Assembly (NCBI GenBank): GCA_964016885.1
Contig: OZ024752.1
Location: 11,160,001-11,224,000 of the forward strand
Length of the DNA: 64,000 nucleotides
Direction of reading: 5' to 3'
Source of the DNA: Eledone cirrhosa
Lineage: Eukaryota
Shown here one piece after another: positions 45,002-56,878 of this stretch. The notes under the pieces are model-generated. The model saw only the letters and a list, made by a program, of their open reading frames with translations, was not told where the DNA came from and searched no databases. Position 1 is the first letter of the stretch. Each line of letters begins with the position of its first letter. Made by a program: the position numbers and the translations under genes.

Positions 45002-46922
45002 TATATATATATAGAGAGAGAGAGAGGTGTGTGTGTCTAACTTAGCAATACAACCTGTCGATTCTGATCTAGTCGGCATATGATGAGAGATGTCCCAAAT
45101 ATGACATTTCTTTGGCCATACCTCATGTCAAAATAATTTATCCTATGTGAATTTATTATTTTTATAATGTTAATCTATGCTTTGGGTGATTATTTTTCTG
45201 TTCCGTCGAGAAATTAGAACATCCCGGAGAGGTTTTCGCTTTGTTAATTTGTAGAATACATTAAACACTGTCTTACACATTTGCCCTTAGAACATACATT
45301 CATGCGAGATTTGTAGTCTCTTCACAATCTAATTCTAAACTGAAAACGACATTCACACTCTATCAAGACTGACAGATAACACCGCAGCAAATAATTATCT
45401 TCTGCATAGCTGATATTGGTCTCTCGAGTGGGCAATTACACTCGATTTTATATGCTTGCCTACATTTGTGTAAAAATCACAGTTCAGCCAAATACTAACC
45501 TACATTTGAGAATCACATTATTAATTTCATCTAACGTCATCATAAAATTAGCGGAGAATTCATTTTCCCTTCGAGATAAAAGCCGACACTTGTGGGAAGA
45601 ACCACACTTGACGCCGACGATATGACATTTAACAAGAAATCATACTTAATACTAAAGTGAACAGAGATTTTCAACAACTGTTTCTGTGAATGTAGAATAT
45701 AATATGGTCACTGAATATATTATCCAAATTATAATCAATACTTCGTCAATGGTAAACGGAAACTGGATAGTAGTCACTAGATTCCTGTATATTCTTACAC
45801 AATTCTGTTTGATACAAAATCTTTAAAAAATACTCAGGTTCAACGTGTAGTGAGGATCATGAGATGTTTGTATTATAATTCTGTCGGTATTTTATAATCT
45901 TTTATCTTGACTTGTTCCGTTTGAAATATCGAACTTTTAGAAACCAAGATAAAACGATTAGGTTAGTATGGCTTCAAATAGTGTCGGTTATGTGGGGGGA
46001 GGGAGAGGAGAGCACAGATTTCTTGATGAACTTTTCAATTCATTTCTATTCCAAATCATTTTGTTTGTTTTTAGTTTGTCTTTGTAAACTTTTACTAACG
46101 ATGCATATTGTGTTAGAATCCTAAATATGGCGATCAATTCTTTCTATGATCGATAAATTAGTCCCTTCAGATCAATGAGTTATAAACAAGAATCAACAAC
46201 AACAACCACATCAATAAAATAAAACAAATGAGCTAATAAATAAAACAAAAATCTAAAAAAATACATATAAAATACGCCCTGATTCAAATTAGATGCGTAC
46301 TTGTTTTCAACAACCGAAGATCAATATTCACAGTTTCTATAGTTGCAGTTCAAACTGAATTAAATCCAATAGTTGGTTATTTCCTTCCCGTCTACGCGCT
46401 CTTTTTTTATTTCATTTTATCTATTATTTTCTTTTAAATATTATATTCCCATTTTGTTTATTAGAGATAAGATGTGGTGGTTTACAGAGCTGATCGTATA
46501 GTTAACCTCAATCCTAATCATTGTCTTTACTTCATAGCATACAGATTAATAAAAAAATGTTCAGCCACAGTTTTACTGTTTAGCATTATCGATGACAAAG
46601 CTAAAAGTTTTATAATAGAGTATAGAGAATCTATGGTTTTTCTATAGCGTTCTTTTGTGTAAGACAAATCATTGTTTCTATATATATTTTTTTTCAGCAT
46701 TTCCTCTACATGTCTTCGTTAAGTTGTAGGTCACATTTTTACTTCATTGCATTACTCGCTGAGGTGGTTATAGAAACGACGTTTCAAATACTACTTACCC
46801 CTTCCTAAAATAAACATAGCTGCATAGGAATATACGTGACGAGAATACATATATTACAGAGACACACAGACTCACCTCACAAATACACTCTTACACTCAC
46901 TCGCACAGTCACAGATGCATAG

Positions 46923-46974
<52 letters not shown>

Positions 46975-47053
46975 AATCAGGATGGATTCAGTATGAAACT
47001 TGTTAAACCGCTACTCAACAGAGTACTCAATACTTGGGGTAGAGTATCGTTAC

Positions 47054-47166
47054 ATTATAAAGAGACGGGACCCGACCGATGGCTAAGCTCTTGCCGTTTC
47101 AACAACTAGTTCCAGACTAGCTGTTGAAACGACAAGAGCTCAGACCTTAGATCCCGATTCTTTATA

Positions 47167-47168
<2 letters not shown>
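47054..47168. repeat. Fold-back hairpin with outward GAAACG on both strands and a left tail (46975-47053)
   Basis: agctcttgccgtttcaacaactag-ttccaga-ctagctgttgaaacgacaagagct, with outer arms attataaaga/tctttataat. The minus-strand tail motif tactct...gtattgagtac is shared with the 52106 family. Confidence 0.65.
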
Positions 47169-47257
<89 letters not shown>

Positions 47258-47260
<3 letters not shown>

Positions 47261-47535
47261 CACAAAGAGAAGTGTGTTACACAGTGAGATGTGTGTAAAG
47301 AATTATTACGAGTGTTTTTACCGTTTTTACCGTTTCAGCAAAATATAGTTATAAGGTTTGTGATTTAAAACTCTAATCCAGAGATTTGATTCTGAATTGG
47401 TTTTTTTCTATTTAATTGCTACCCTGTAGATATTGTTCCCTATACAGTAACGGTAAAAACACTCGTAATAATTCTTTACACACATCTCACTGTGTAACAC
47501 ACATCTCACTGTGTAACACACTTCTCTTTGTGTAA
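47258..47535. repeat. Long inverted repeat next to (TA)n with a right-hand tail to ~47642
   Basis: ttacacaaagagaagtgtgttacacagtgagatgtgtgtaaagaattattacgagtgtttttaccgtt and its reverse complement at 47449-47535, which has an internal duplication. Confidence 0.85.
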
Positions 47536-47640
47536 TATATACTTGCATTTGAGCTCAGAAGGAAATTCTCTATTTCTTCTTTGAGCTAATACTATTATTA
47601 TTATTACAGTGAACTGCGGAATACTCTTAATTCCGATGTT

Positions 47641-47678
<38 letters not shown>

Positions 47679-47742
47679 AATTACCGTTTTGAAAGCCTAT
47701 ATATATATTCATCACTGGATAGAACTGGTCTTTCCGTTTAAT

Positions 47743-47860
47743 TAATTGTTTCTACTTTTTGGCACAAGGCCAGCAATTACCCAGTGCATTACTGGTACTT
47801 TATTTTATCGACCCCGTAAGGATGAAAGGCAAAGGCAACCTCGGCGGGATTTGAACTCAT
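47743..47860 (-). mobile_element. SINE family A, 5'-truncated
   Basis: Family core and B box present. Confidence 0.85.
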
Positions 47861-48684
47861 GATGTAATAGTAAAAGCCCTCTACGTTACGTAGCTCATCC
47901 ATCGTTGATGTAGAATCCGGTGGTTGATGCAGGGATGGAGTAAAATATTTGTTTGATTAAAATATATTCTAGAGACTGAGCGATAATGAGAAAACTAGTA
48001 ATTGCTACTAAACTGACCTATAATATTACGCTTGAAGCGGAAATGTACAAATCGTTACTGAAAATTAAACTCCTATCAACGATTTGTAAAACTTCAACGC
48101 TCAGTAGTAGCATGAAATCACACAATAACAATAGATGGCAGGAAAATGATAAACGTAATGAATCTATATAGATGCTTACTTGACAGTTATACTCTATCAA
48201 GCAATGCAATGCAACTACATCAACATATCTCTTTATAAAATTTAAAATATGGAGAGAAATCAAACCAGATCTAAAAATAGTTGATCACAAGGGAGTAGCT
48301 CACTTGAAAAGAAGAAATATCAAAACTATAAAGATATCAATTCGAAAATGAAATATAGGACGTTAATGAATATATAACAAGAGTAGAATATAAATATTGA
48401 CTAAAAAACAACACAAAAATATATTGAAAAAACAACATATAGAACGTGAAAAGTAAAAGAGATTTAACACGTGCAAATGAGAGTGAATAATCAACGGCGT
48501 AAATATGAATCCCCAGAGCAACTTCTTCAGCAATATAAACCAAAATATGGAAAATAAGAGAAACATATAAGAATAGGCAAAATGGAGATTACTAGGCGAT
48601 AGTATCTACGGGTAAAACGCATGTATTAGTATCAATAATGGACCTTTTCAGGGAGCTACGAATGTAGCTGTCAAGGATAACATT

Positions 48685-49199
48685 CAATAATGGTTTCTTA
48701 TGTAGGCACAAGGCCAGCAATTTCGGAGGGAGGGAAAAGTCGATGAAATCGACCCCAGTGCGTGACTGGTACTTTATTTTATCGACCCCGTAAGAATGAA
48801 AGGCAAAGTTAACCTCGGCGGGATTTGAACTCAGATCATAAAGGGACGTAACTCTATGCTTCAAAGAAGCTTCACCGACTCTCTACCGATACTGCCAATC
48901 CACCGCTCTTTTTCAAGAAAATAATAATAAAGATCCCTGAAAAGTTCAATCAACAAGAAAGCAAAATAATTCAAAACAAAAATAAGGGAACGGCAAATAT
49001 TATATATAAATAATTGTTTCTACTTTTTACACAAGGCCAGCAATTATCTCAGTGTATTACTGGTACTTTATTTTATCGAACTCGTAAAAATGAAAGGCAA
49101 AGTTGACCTCGGTGGGATTTGAACTCGGATCATAAAGGGGCGTAACTAATTCTATGCTACAAAGCATGGCGTCCGACGCTCTACCGTTACTGCCAATCC
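48685..49199 (-). mobile_element. Two SINE family A copies (48685-48907 long variant; 49011-49199)
   Basis: Each has the core, the B box and the head ctaccg.tactgccaatcc. Confidence 0.9.
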
Positions 49200-49439
49200 T
49201 CTATATAATGTCATAAAAAATAAGATGCTTTCAATAAAAGACCATCGAGGAGTGGAATCCTCGATAAATTATGAAGAATACAGAAGTAGAAATAGTATCA
49301 CCGGTTCCTTCAGTAAATAAAGCAGCTCAAATCTAACTCAAAATTATATTAGGGTTATTCCATATCAAATCACAAAGTTTCAGAAAAATTACCAAATTTC
49401 TGTCAAATTATATATTTTTTATTTTACTATGACAGTTGA

Positions 49440-49640
49440 TCGGCTTGACCGAGGAAACAATGTTTCCAATGGTCTTTCCAATTGCTAATGCTCTCTATGG
49501 GTCGCAACAACAGGTAGAAGAAGCAACGTGAAATAAAGTGTCTTGCCCAAGCAGATAACGTATCGCCCGGTCCGGGAATCGAACTCACTATCTCACGATT
49601 GCGAATCTTATTCTCTTACCACTCAGCTACGCGCCTTCAC
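49440..49640 (-). mobile_element. SINE family B
   Basis: ccaatggtctttccaattgctaat...gcaacgtgaaataaagtgtcttgccc...gggaatcgaactc...accactcagctacgcgcc. Confidence 0.85.
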
Positions 49641-50162
49641 TATGAATATATAACGTAACAAAAAATAAGATTCAGGAGTAGAATTGTCGATACATTATAA
49701 AGAATACAGCAGTATGAATAATATCACCGGTTCCTTGAGTAAATAAAGCAACTCAAATCTAACTCAAAATGAAATTATCAAGAAACCACATAACCCAGAA
49801 CTCGATGCAGATGTAACAGTTAAACATGTTAGGCGATTCTCGTGAAGATTATGGACAGTGGACAAAGATAGAATCAGGGATTGGATTGTTGAAAACAACG
49901 ACTCCAACAGATAATCTTATCGAATTCCACAGCATTTCTCGTTGCACAGACACTAATTAAACAAACATCAGGAAGGCACCATAATATAAAATACCAAACC
50001 CTTACTAGATTATTCAACAGACACATCATTTTTCCATATATATATATTTTATGATATACTGAAGTAGCCAGAGACTTTATCTGACCCTTGAGAATATTAA
50101 CATTTTAATAACCAAGCGGATGAGAAGGCAAATACAATGTCTGAAGGCCGATAAGACATTAA

Positions 50163-50425
50163 ATAATTGTTTCTATTTTAGGCACAAGGCCAGCAATTAC
50201 CCAGTACATTACTGGTACTTTATTTTATCGACCCCGTAAGGATGAAAGGCAAAGTTAACCTCGGCGGGATTTGAACTCAGATCATAAAGGGACGTAACTA
50301 TGCTGGAAAGCATGTCCGAGCCTCTACCGATACTGCCAAATATCGATTTCTACTATAGGCACAAGGCCAGCAATTTTGGATGAGAGGAAAGTCGATTGAA
50401 TCGACTCCAGTGTATTACTGGTACT

Positions 50426-50458
<33 letters not shown>

Positions 50459-50746
50459 ATTTGCATATATGTGTGTGTGTCTTTGCATATATATGTGTGT
50501 GTGTGTGTTTTTGCATACTTGTGTGTATGCGTGTGTGTGTTTGTCTGTGCATATATATATATAATTGTTTCTACTTTTGGCACAAGGCCAGCAATTACTC
50601 CAGTGCATTACTGGTACTTCATTTTATCGACCCCCGCAAGGATGAAATGGAAAGCTAACTTCGGCAGGATTTGAACTTAAAGGACTGTAGCTATATGCCA
50701 CGTAGCAGGGTGTTGGACGCTCTCCCGATTCTGCCAATCCACCACC
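50163..50746 (-). mobile_element. SINE family A cluster (50163-50340, 50345-50425 fragment, 50562-50746)
   Basis: Repeated ggcacaaggccagcaatt plus the family core. Confidence 0.88.
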
Positions 50747-50972
50747 GTTAATAACTGTAGTTATATTACATCAAATAAACATCAAGAAACCATGATGCTT
50801 AGATATAAAAGAATGCACACAAGATGGAAGACTATAGAAGTGTCTGAGTAAGGAAGGAAGGCATTAACACTCAAAGACTTTTGAATCTGTTATATAGACG
50901 TGTACCATAAGACTATATATTAGAGTAAGATGGCACCAATGATCAGCGGGAGCATTATTACTGTAAATGGCA

Positions 50973-51162
50973 GGGCGGTGGATTGGCAGTATCGGTAGAG
51001 GGTCTGACGCCATGCTTTGACGCACAGATTTACGGCCCTTGCCATTCTGAGTTCAAATCCCACCGAGGTTAACATTGCATTTCATCTTTACGGGGTCGAT
51101 AAAATAAAGTACCAGTAATGCACTGGGAAATAGCTGGCCTTGTGCTAAATGTAGAAACAATT
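50973..51162 (+). mobile_element. SINE family A copy followed by the 3' flank of the 35002 copy
   Basis: Full head gggcggtggattggcagtatcgg. The following 49 bp are identical to 35188-35236. Confidence 0.9.
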
Positions 51163-51864
51163 ATTTCTTCTATGAAACAATACAAAATGCCTATATGATC
51201 AGAAATATCATTCTGTTTTCCATTGTTTCGTAGTTTTTGCTCTTCATCTCCTTTTCTTCTCATTTATGGCATTTATATTCCTTTCCAATACTGTTCTCTT
51301 TCTGTATGTTTAACCAAATGATGCTAAATGACAAAAGAATAGTGATAGGCATCAACATTCTAGTGGGTCCAAAAATATCTTATAACGAACAAAAAAAAAA
51401 CTAATACAAAGTAATGTGCTGAATCTTTATTTCGTATCCCTTATCCTTCTTTAGGACAGAAGTCAAGTAATACAAAAAGAGGATGAAATTAAAGAAAGTA
51501 TTCAGATACAGAAGAAATAGGTTAAAGTGATGGCAAAACCAACAAAATATAACAAATCCCTGAAAGTAAAATTGAGCAGGATATATATAAATGCACAAGA
51601 AAACATTATTACAATGGCGTAAGAAATGCTGGACAGGAAAACGGAATAAATGGATAAATAATTGGGTACAAGATAAAATCATTCTAACCAAAAACTATCA
51701 ACCTCATGTAATATAGCAACATACATAAGCCATCATTTTATTTTAACAAAATTTGATTGGCAACAATGAGATTCTCATTTTGATGTCATCCTACAGAGCG
51801 TTGGAAAGTTGAACATGGAATCTGGTGGGCGAAACTGTATGTAGACCATTAAGCGTGCATATAA

Positions 51865-51917
<53 letters not shown>

Positions 51918-51935
51918 CATACAATTATATATAGA

Positions 51936-52032
51936 GAATTAGAAATAGAAGCCAGGACTATCCGTCATCAATGGTCTACTAGCCATCATAGATCCACTGA
52001 TGACGGATAGTCCTGGGTTCTATTTCTAATTC
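51936..52032. repeat. Fold-back hairpin with a half-deleted hammerhead in both arms
   Basis: gaattagaaatagaagccaggactatccgtcatca ... ctgatgacggatagtcctgggttctatttctaattc. Confidence 0.75.
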
Positions 52033-52105
52033 TTCATTTTTATATATATATATCACATTTGCTATAACATACCTCGCCGTTTTTCAATTATATATATATA
52101 TATAT

Positions 52106-52231
52106 ATTTTATAGAAGGAGCTTCTACAGGACTAGTACTGTTTCATTCAGATGAAATCTTCAGGAAGAGCTTCCTGAAGAGTTCATCTGAATGAAACAGT
52201 ACTAGTCCTGTAGAAGCTCCTTCTATAAAAT
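52106..52231. ncRNA. Palindromic twin hammerhead (complete type I motif on both strands), with tail to ~52305
   Basis: Plus strand: gagcttc CTGAAGA gttc-atct-gaat GAAA cag-tactagtc-ctg TA gaagctc. The 62-bp arms differ by one mismatch around a 2-nt loop, so the minus strand carries the same motif. Confidence 0.88.
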
Positions 52232-52487
52232 AAAATAAATGTTACTCTGCCATGTATTAAGTACCTTACTTACTGTGGTTATCCCCGACTCAACCCGGGA
52301 CCTACGTATATATATATATATATATACATATGCATACACACACACACACACAGTATTGAAAGGATCAGAGGCCATAACCAGTTGATATAGGTTTATTTAT
52401 ACAGATTGGTAGATTGTTGAATGCTTCATTTTAGCTGCATCGCAGCCGACCGACCTAATATCGCTCGCACGTGCCTGGTCAGTTAGC

Positions 52488-52518
<31 letters not shown>

Positions 52519-52529
52519 ACGCACACACA

Positions 52530-52716
52530 CTTGTTTCTACTTGTGGCACAAGGCCAGCAATTATCTCAGTGTATTACTGGTACTTTATTTTATCGACTCC
52601 GTAAGGATGAAAGTCAAAGTTAAAATCGGCGGGATTTGAACTCAAACCGTAAAGGGCCGTAACTCTGTTGCAAAGCATGGTGTCCGACCCTCTACCGATA
52701 CTTCCAATGCAACGCC
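52530..52716 (-). mobile_element. SINE family A
   Basis: Full core and head. Confidence 0.9.
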
Positions 52717-53370
52717 TCTCTCTCTCTATATATATATATGTGTGTGTGTGTGTGTGGCTATATATATATATAGAGGCGTTGGATTGGAAGTATCGGTAGA
52801 GGGTCGGACATAAATATATATATAAGATAGTTACTTTAGATCATCTCTATTTATTTTATTATATATATTTCGAAGATGCAAGACTTATGTATAACATAAT
52901 CAAAACATGTTCTCGTCAGACCAAATGGATAGGAGTTGAAGGTTTCTTGTGATATTCTGGCGGCCAAACGAGCTGGACAGATCGGTGACAACCAAGCATA
53001 TGATTCGAATATATAATATATATATATATATAGTTCAATAAATAAACAGAGAACAAAAAACAGTGAAGCATTACAAATGGTATGGTTTTTAGTTTCACGC
53101 TTATAAAGTGTCTTTTGCTGAAGTGTAAATGTATATCGAGGAAGGATATAAACATCCATGAGAGAAATTAAAATATAGCTGACACTCATTTTGTCACGAC
53201 GTATAGGATTAGAAGTGCAGTAAGTCAGCTTTTGGCCAATTGTAAACCTACAACAAATGACGCAATTGCAAGTAAATTATTTAGAATATCAATGGTGGAA
53301 AACCTGGACAAATTATGACAGAGTTGGAGTTTTCATACACTGGAATTTATTCCAGAATTATGAAATACGC

Positions 53371-53994
53371 CCAAGCAGCGAAAATTCAAAGAAACACAGT
53401 CTGCCGTTATAATCATGGCTGTGATTATAATCATGACTGTGTTTTGGGACCGGAAGGGAGTTTGTTGGTCGACTTTATGCCTGCTGGGACCACAATAAAC
53501 GCTGACAGGTACTGTGAAACACTGAAAAAAACTCAGAAGGGCAATTCAGAACCGGAGAAGAGGAATGTTGAGCAAGGGCGTAAGCATTCTCCACGACAAC
53601 GCTCGACTACACGTCGCCCGTCAAACCATCCCTCTCCTGCAAAACGTTGGTTGGAACATCATCACCCACCCCACCCACCATATAGTCCGGACTTGGCACC
53701 TAGTGACTACCTCCTGTTCGCTAAGTTGAAAGAACATTTGGCCGGAAGGCGATTCTGCTCCGACGAAGAGGTGAAAGATGATGTTCAACGTTTCCTGGAG
53801 GATATGGCGGCGAGCTGGCATGACAGGGGCATACAAAAACTGCCACAGCGTCTACAAAAATGCATCGACCAAAATGGCGATTATGTAGAAAAATAAATAA
53901 TTGTTCAACCTTTAAAATTATGTAAATATTATAGAAAATAAATGGTTGTTTGTATTTCTAAAAAAAGGAGACCCTACTTTTTGGATTGCCCTCG
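53371..53994 (+). mobile_element. Mariner (DD34D) transposon, 5'-truncated and frameshifted
   Basis: TVFWD..GSLLVDFMPAGTTINADRYCETLKK/LRRAIQNRRRGMLSKGVSILHDNAR../PYSPDLAPSDYLLFAKLKEHLAG...KCIDQNGDYVEK*. The right end is ctactttttggattgccctcg|TA. Confidence 0.92.
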
Positions 53995-55027
53995 TACTAA
54001 CCAAACATATTTTGTAAATATATATATATATACACAACACAAAGGAAGGTTTAGTATAGTAACGTGTTCCTCCACTGACCTAGGGTAATCCACACATTCA
54101 AGAAGCTCAAATTAAAGTTATTGCCAAGGAGAACGAGAAATATATCTGATCAAAAATTATATATTCATGCCAAATGATGAGAATTTACCTTTGAAGGAGT
54201 CGGCGGAATAATCCATATATATATTCTGATAAAAGAGACAAACCGAATCTGAGTATTCAAAGAAGAATTACTATCAACAATAACAGGTACCTTGGAAAGG
54301 ATTTAAAATCTTCCTGTGAATATATAATCAATAAGCCAGAACTTAGAAATATACATAACAAACACTAAATAACTACGACAGCCTTGTTACGTAAAATATT
54401 TTCAATAGAATGTAAATTCCCAAATCACATCTAAACACTGCAACTTTCGAAGGCCCATATAGCAGCGCTCAGTGATGCGGTTCAAGCACGTAATAAACAT
54501 AAGACTACTCGAAATGACAATAATTATGAACATAAGAGCAATAATAATACTTTTCTCATAACAATTCGACACCTAGTCACTTGTCTATAATCAAGTCAAT
54601 CAACTATACTTTCCATCCAGTATTGATTTCTATAGACGTGCGAGAGATAAAAGGTAAAATTGGTCCCGATAGTATTCGGACACAAGATCACAGGCGCTGA
54701 TATATAATGATACAAATCTTATACAGAGTCATTCTACTGAATCAGCGATCGTTATGCACATGATATGAGAAATAACATTTAAACGTTTGTCCAAGAAGCC
54801 AAATTTCCATCCTATCATATTGTGTTAGGTTATATATTCTCTTCTTCATGTCAGGTAGAATTGTTCAAATCAGTGTTATGGAATTTCAAAGTGTTTCGGA
54901 CTTTATACTTTGATATAAACCCCACCCAGTATCACACAAAAATAGTCATTAGATTTCGTAAATATTATTACGAATACTTAATACACTATTCCATAGAAAT
55001 ATCGCAACAGACATACACACACACGTA

Positions 55028-55197
55028 AAGTTTAATATAGGAATGGTTTCTACAGGGCTAGAACTGTTTAATTCAAAAGAAATAATCAGGCCTTTCTGAT
55101 GATATCTTTTTAATGAAACAGTTGTAGTCCTGTAGAAGTCATTTCTATATTAAACTTGATGTTTACACCCTCCTAATATACTGAGTACCTTATGTAC
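55028..55197. ncRNA. Diverged twin-hammerhead hairpin of the 52106 family
   Basis: Arms aagtttaatatag.../...ctatattaaactt. Plus strand: cttt CTGATGA ... GAAA cag-ttgtagtc-ctg TA gaag, with weak stem II. The tail contains tgagtacctta. Confidence 0.7.
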
Positions 55198-55199
55198 TC

Positions 55200-55242
<43 letters not shown>

Positions 55243-55243
55243 A

Positions 55244-55450
55244 TTAGTACATCTACCAACATATGTGTACAGATGTACACTCATGCTAGCAAATATACAA
55301 GTTATGTCTTAGTACCTATGTGGTTCTATGCAGGTGAATGCAGAACAATTATATGAAAGACGTAAAATAAGAAAAATTTTAAAAATTAAAAATCAACTTA
55401 CTTAGTAAGTAAGTTGATTTTAAATTTTTTTAATTTTCTTATTTTACGTC

Positions 55451-55458
<8 letters not shown>
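55244..55458 (-). mobile_element. Short fold-back copy (55351-55458) plus tail of the 56872-57545 family
   Basis: 55244-55349 is the reverse complement of 57436-57541. The hairpin arms aaagacgtaaaataagaaaa...aacttactta match the ends of the 56872 element. Confidence 0.8.
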
Positions 55459-55488
<30 letters not shown>

Positions 55489-55591
55489 TTATTTACGTAG
55501 AGCACGGAGCGTATGTGCATAAACACACATGTACCGTGTCGTATTTTGACAGTATTGTATAAGCTCAATGTACGAGAACAGAGCCGTTATA

Positions 55592-55818
55592 TGTAAAAGA
55601 AATCAAAGAACGCTTACATACTCAAACAGTTTTTATTTGCTGACAATGTTTCATCCATACCGTTTGGCAGGAATCATCAGAGCTTAATAAACAAAATGTT
55701 TATTATTATGTGTTTTGTTTATTAAGCTCTGATGATTTCTGCCCAACGGTATGGATGAAACATTGTCAGCAAATAAAAACTGTTTGAGTATGTAAGCGTT
55801 CTTTTGATTTCTTTTACA
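55592..55818. ncRNA. Twin-hammerhead hairpin (~105-bp arms) with left tail 55495-55591
   Basis: Plus strand: tttattaagct CTGATGA t-ttc-tgcc-caac-ggta-t-gga-t GAAA cattg TC agcaAATAAA. The mirror copy lies on the minus strand (tcatcag at 55674-55680). Confidence 0.85.
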
Positions 55819-55842
55819 CACACATATATATATATATATAAT

Positions 55843-55975
55843 ATAAAAATGGCTTCTATAGGACTAGAAATCTTTCATTGGGGAGAAATCATCAGGAAGT
55901 CTAGACCTGTCGAATCCATTTCTATAGTAAATATTTATACTCTGCTGTGTATTGAGTACATTTAGGAAATCCACT
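55843..55975. mobile_element. Partly deleted member of the 52106 hairpin family
   Basis: atggcttctataggactag...tttcatt...aatcatcaggaag gives a minus-strand hammerhead remnant. A short right arm and the tail tactctgctgtgtattgagtac follow. Confidence 0.7.
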
Positions 55976-56292
55976 CATATATATGTATATATATATACCA
56001 TACTGAGAACAATTGTTTCACCTTATGCGGATCTTCAGCTCGGACTGGTCATGGTTTTACGAAACAGGAAGAACAACCGTATGAACGCGCATGCGCAGAA
56101 ACGGTCACTTCACCCAAGCGATACAAAACCACAGGCGGGACTGGGTGCTCTACCACTACGGATATCGCCTTCCACTGTCCTACCGCTATATATATAAGTA
56201 GATGGGATATTCAATGTGTTGGTAATTCAACAAATATAAATGTTTATAACTGATTCAGATGTTTATAACTGAGACAGATTTTCTGGAGTATA

Positions 56293-56839
56293 ATATTCAA
56301 TGATATTAAATAAATTGAAACTATATTTATAAAACCATATTTATTCTATTATATATATTTCAAGGGTACCAAAACTTTGGTACGCCTTCATCAGATAAAA
56401 TATGAGGTGAGTTTTATGACATAACCAAGGAAAATACCTTAACGGTTCAAGTTTTCCTGGGATAGTGAAGGGATAAGAGAAGAACAGTAAGATATTTCAA
56501 ATTGTTAAGATGAGAATGCAAATGAGTATGCAATATCATAATTATTTAAATTCTCCATAGCGTCTAAAATAATGTTTTTTCAGCCCGTTACCTCAACGTC
56601 ATTTGCATACTCATTTGCATACTCATCTTAACAATTTGAAATATCTGACTTTTCTTCCCTTATCCCTTCACTATCCAAGGAAAATTTGAACCGTAAAGGT
56701 ATTTTCCTTGGTTATGACAACATTTATAAAACACACTTCGTTTTTATCTGATGAAGGCGTACCAGAGTTTGGTACCCTTGAAATATATATAATAGAGTAA
56801 ATATGGTTTTATAAATATAGTCTCCATTTATTTAATATC

Positions 56840-56848
<9 letters not shown>
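56293..56848. ncRNA. Large fold-back (~240-bp arms) with a hammerhead in each arm
   Basis: Plus strand 56743-56796: tttat CTGATGA agg-c-gtacca-gagtt-tggtac-c-ctt GAAA tatata TA ataga. The minus-strand mirror lies at ~56346-56399. Confidence 0.85.

Positions 56849-56871
<23 letters not shown>

Positions 56872-56878
<7 letters not shown>

Noticed and set aside
49215-49770. ~110-bp direct repeats as LTRs
   Set aside because: There are no TG...CA ends, PBS or PPT; a local duplication explains them.
53315-53370. N-terminus of the 193-aa ORF as the transposase start
   Set aside because: It derives from flanking sequence. Mariner similarity starts near 53371 and is frameshifted.
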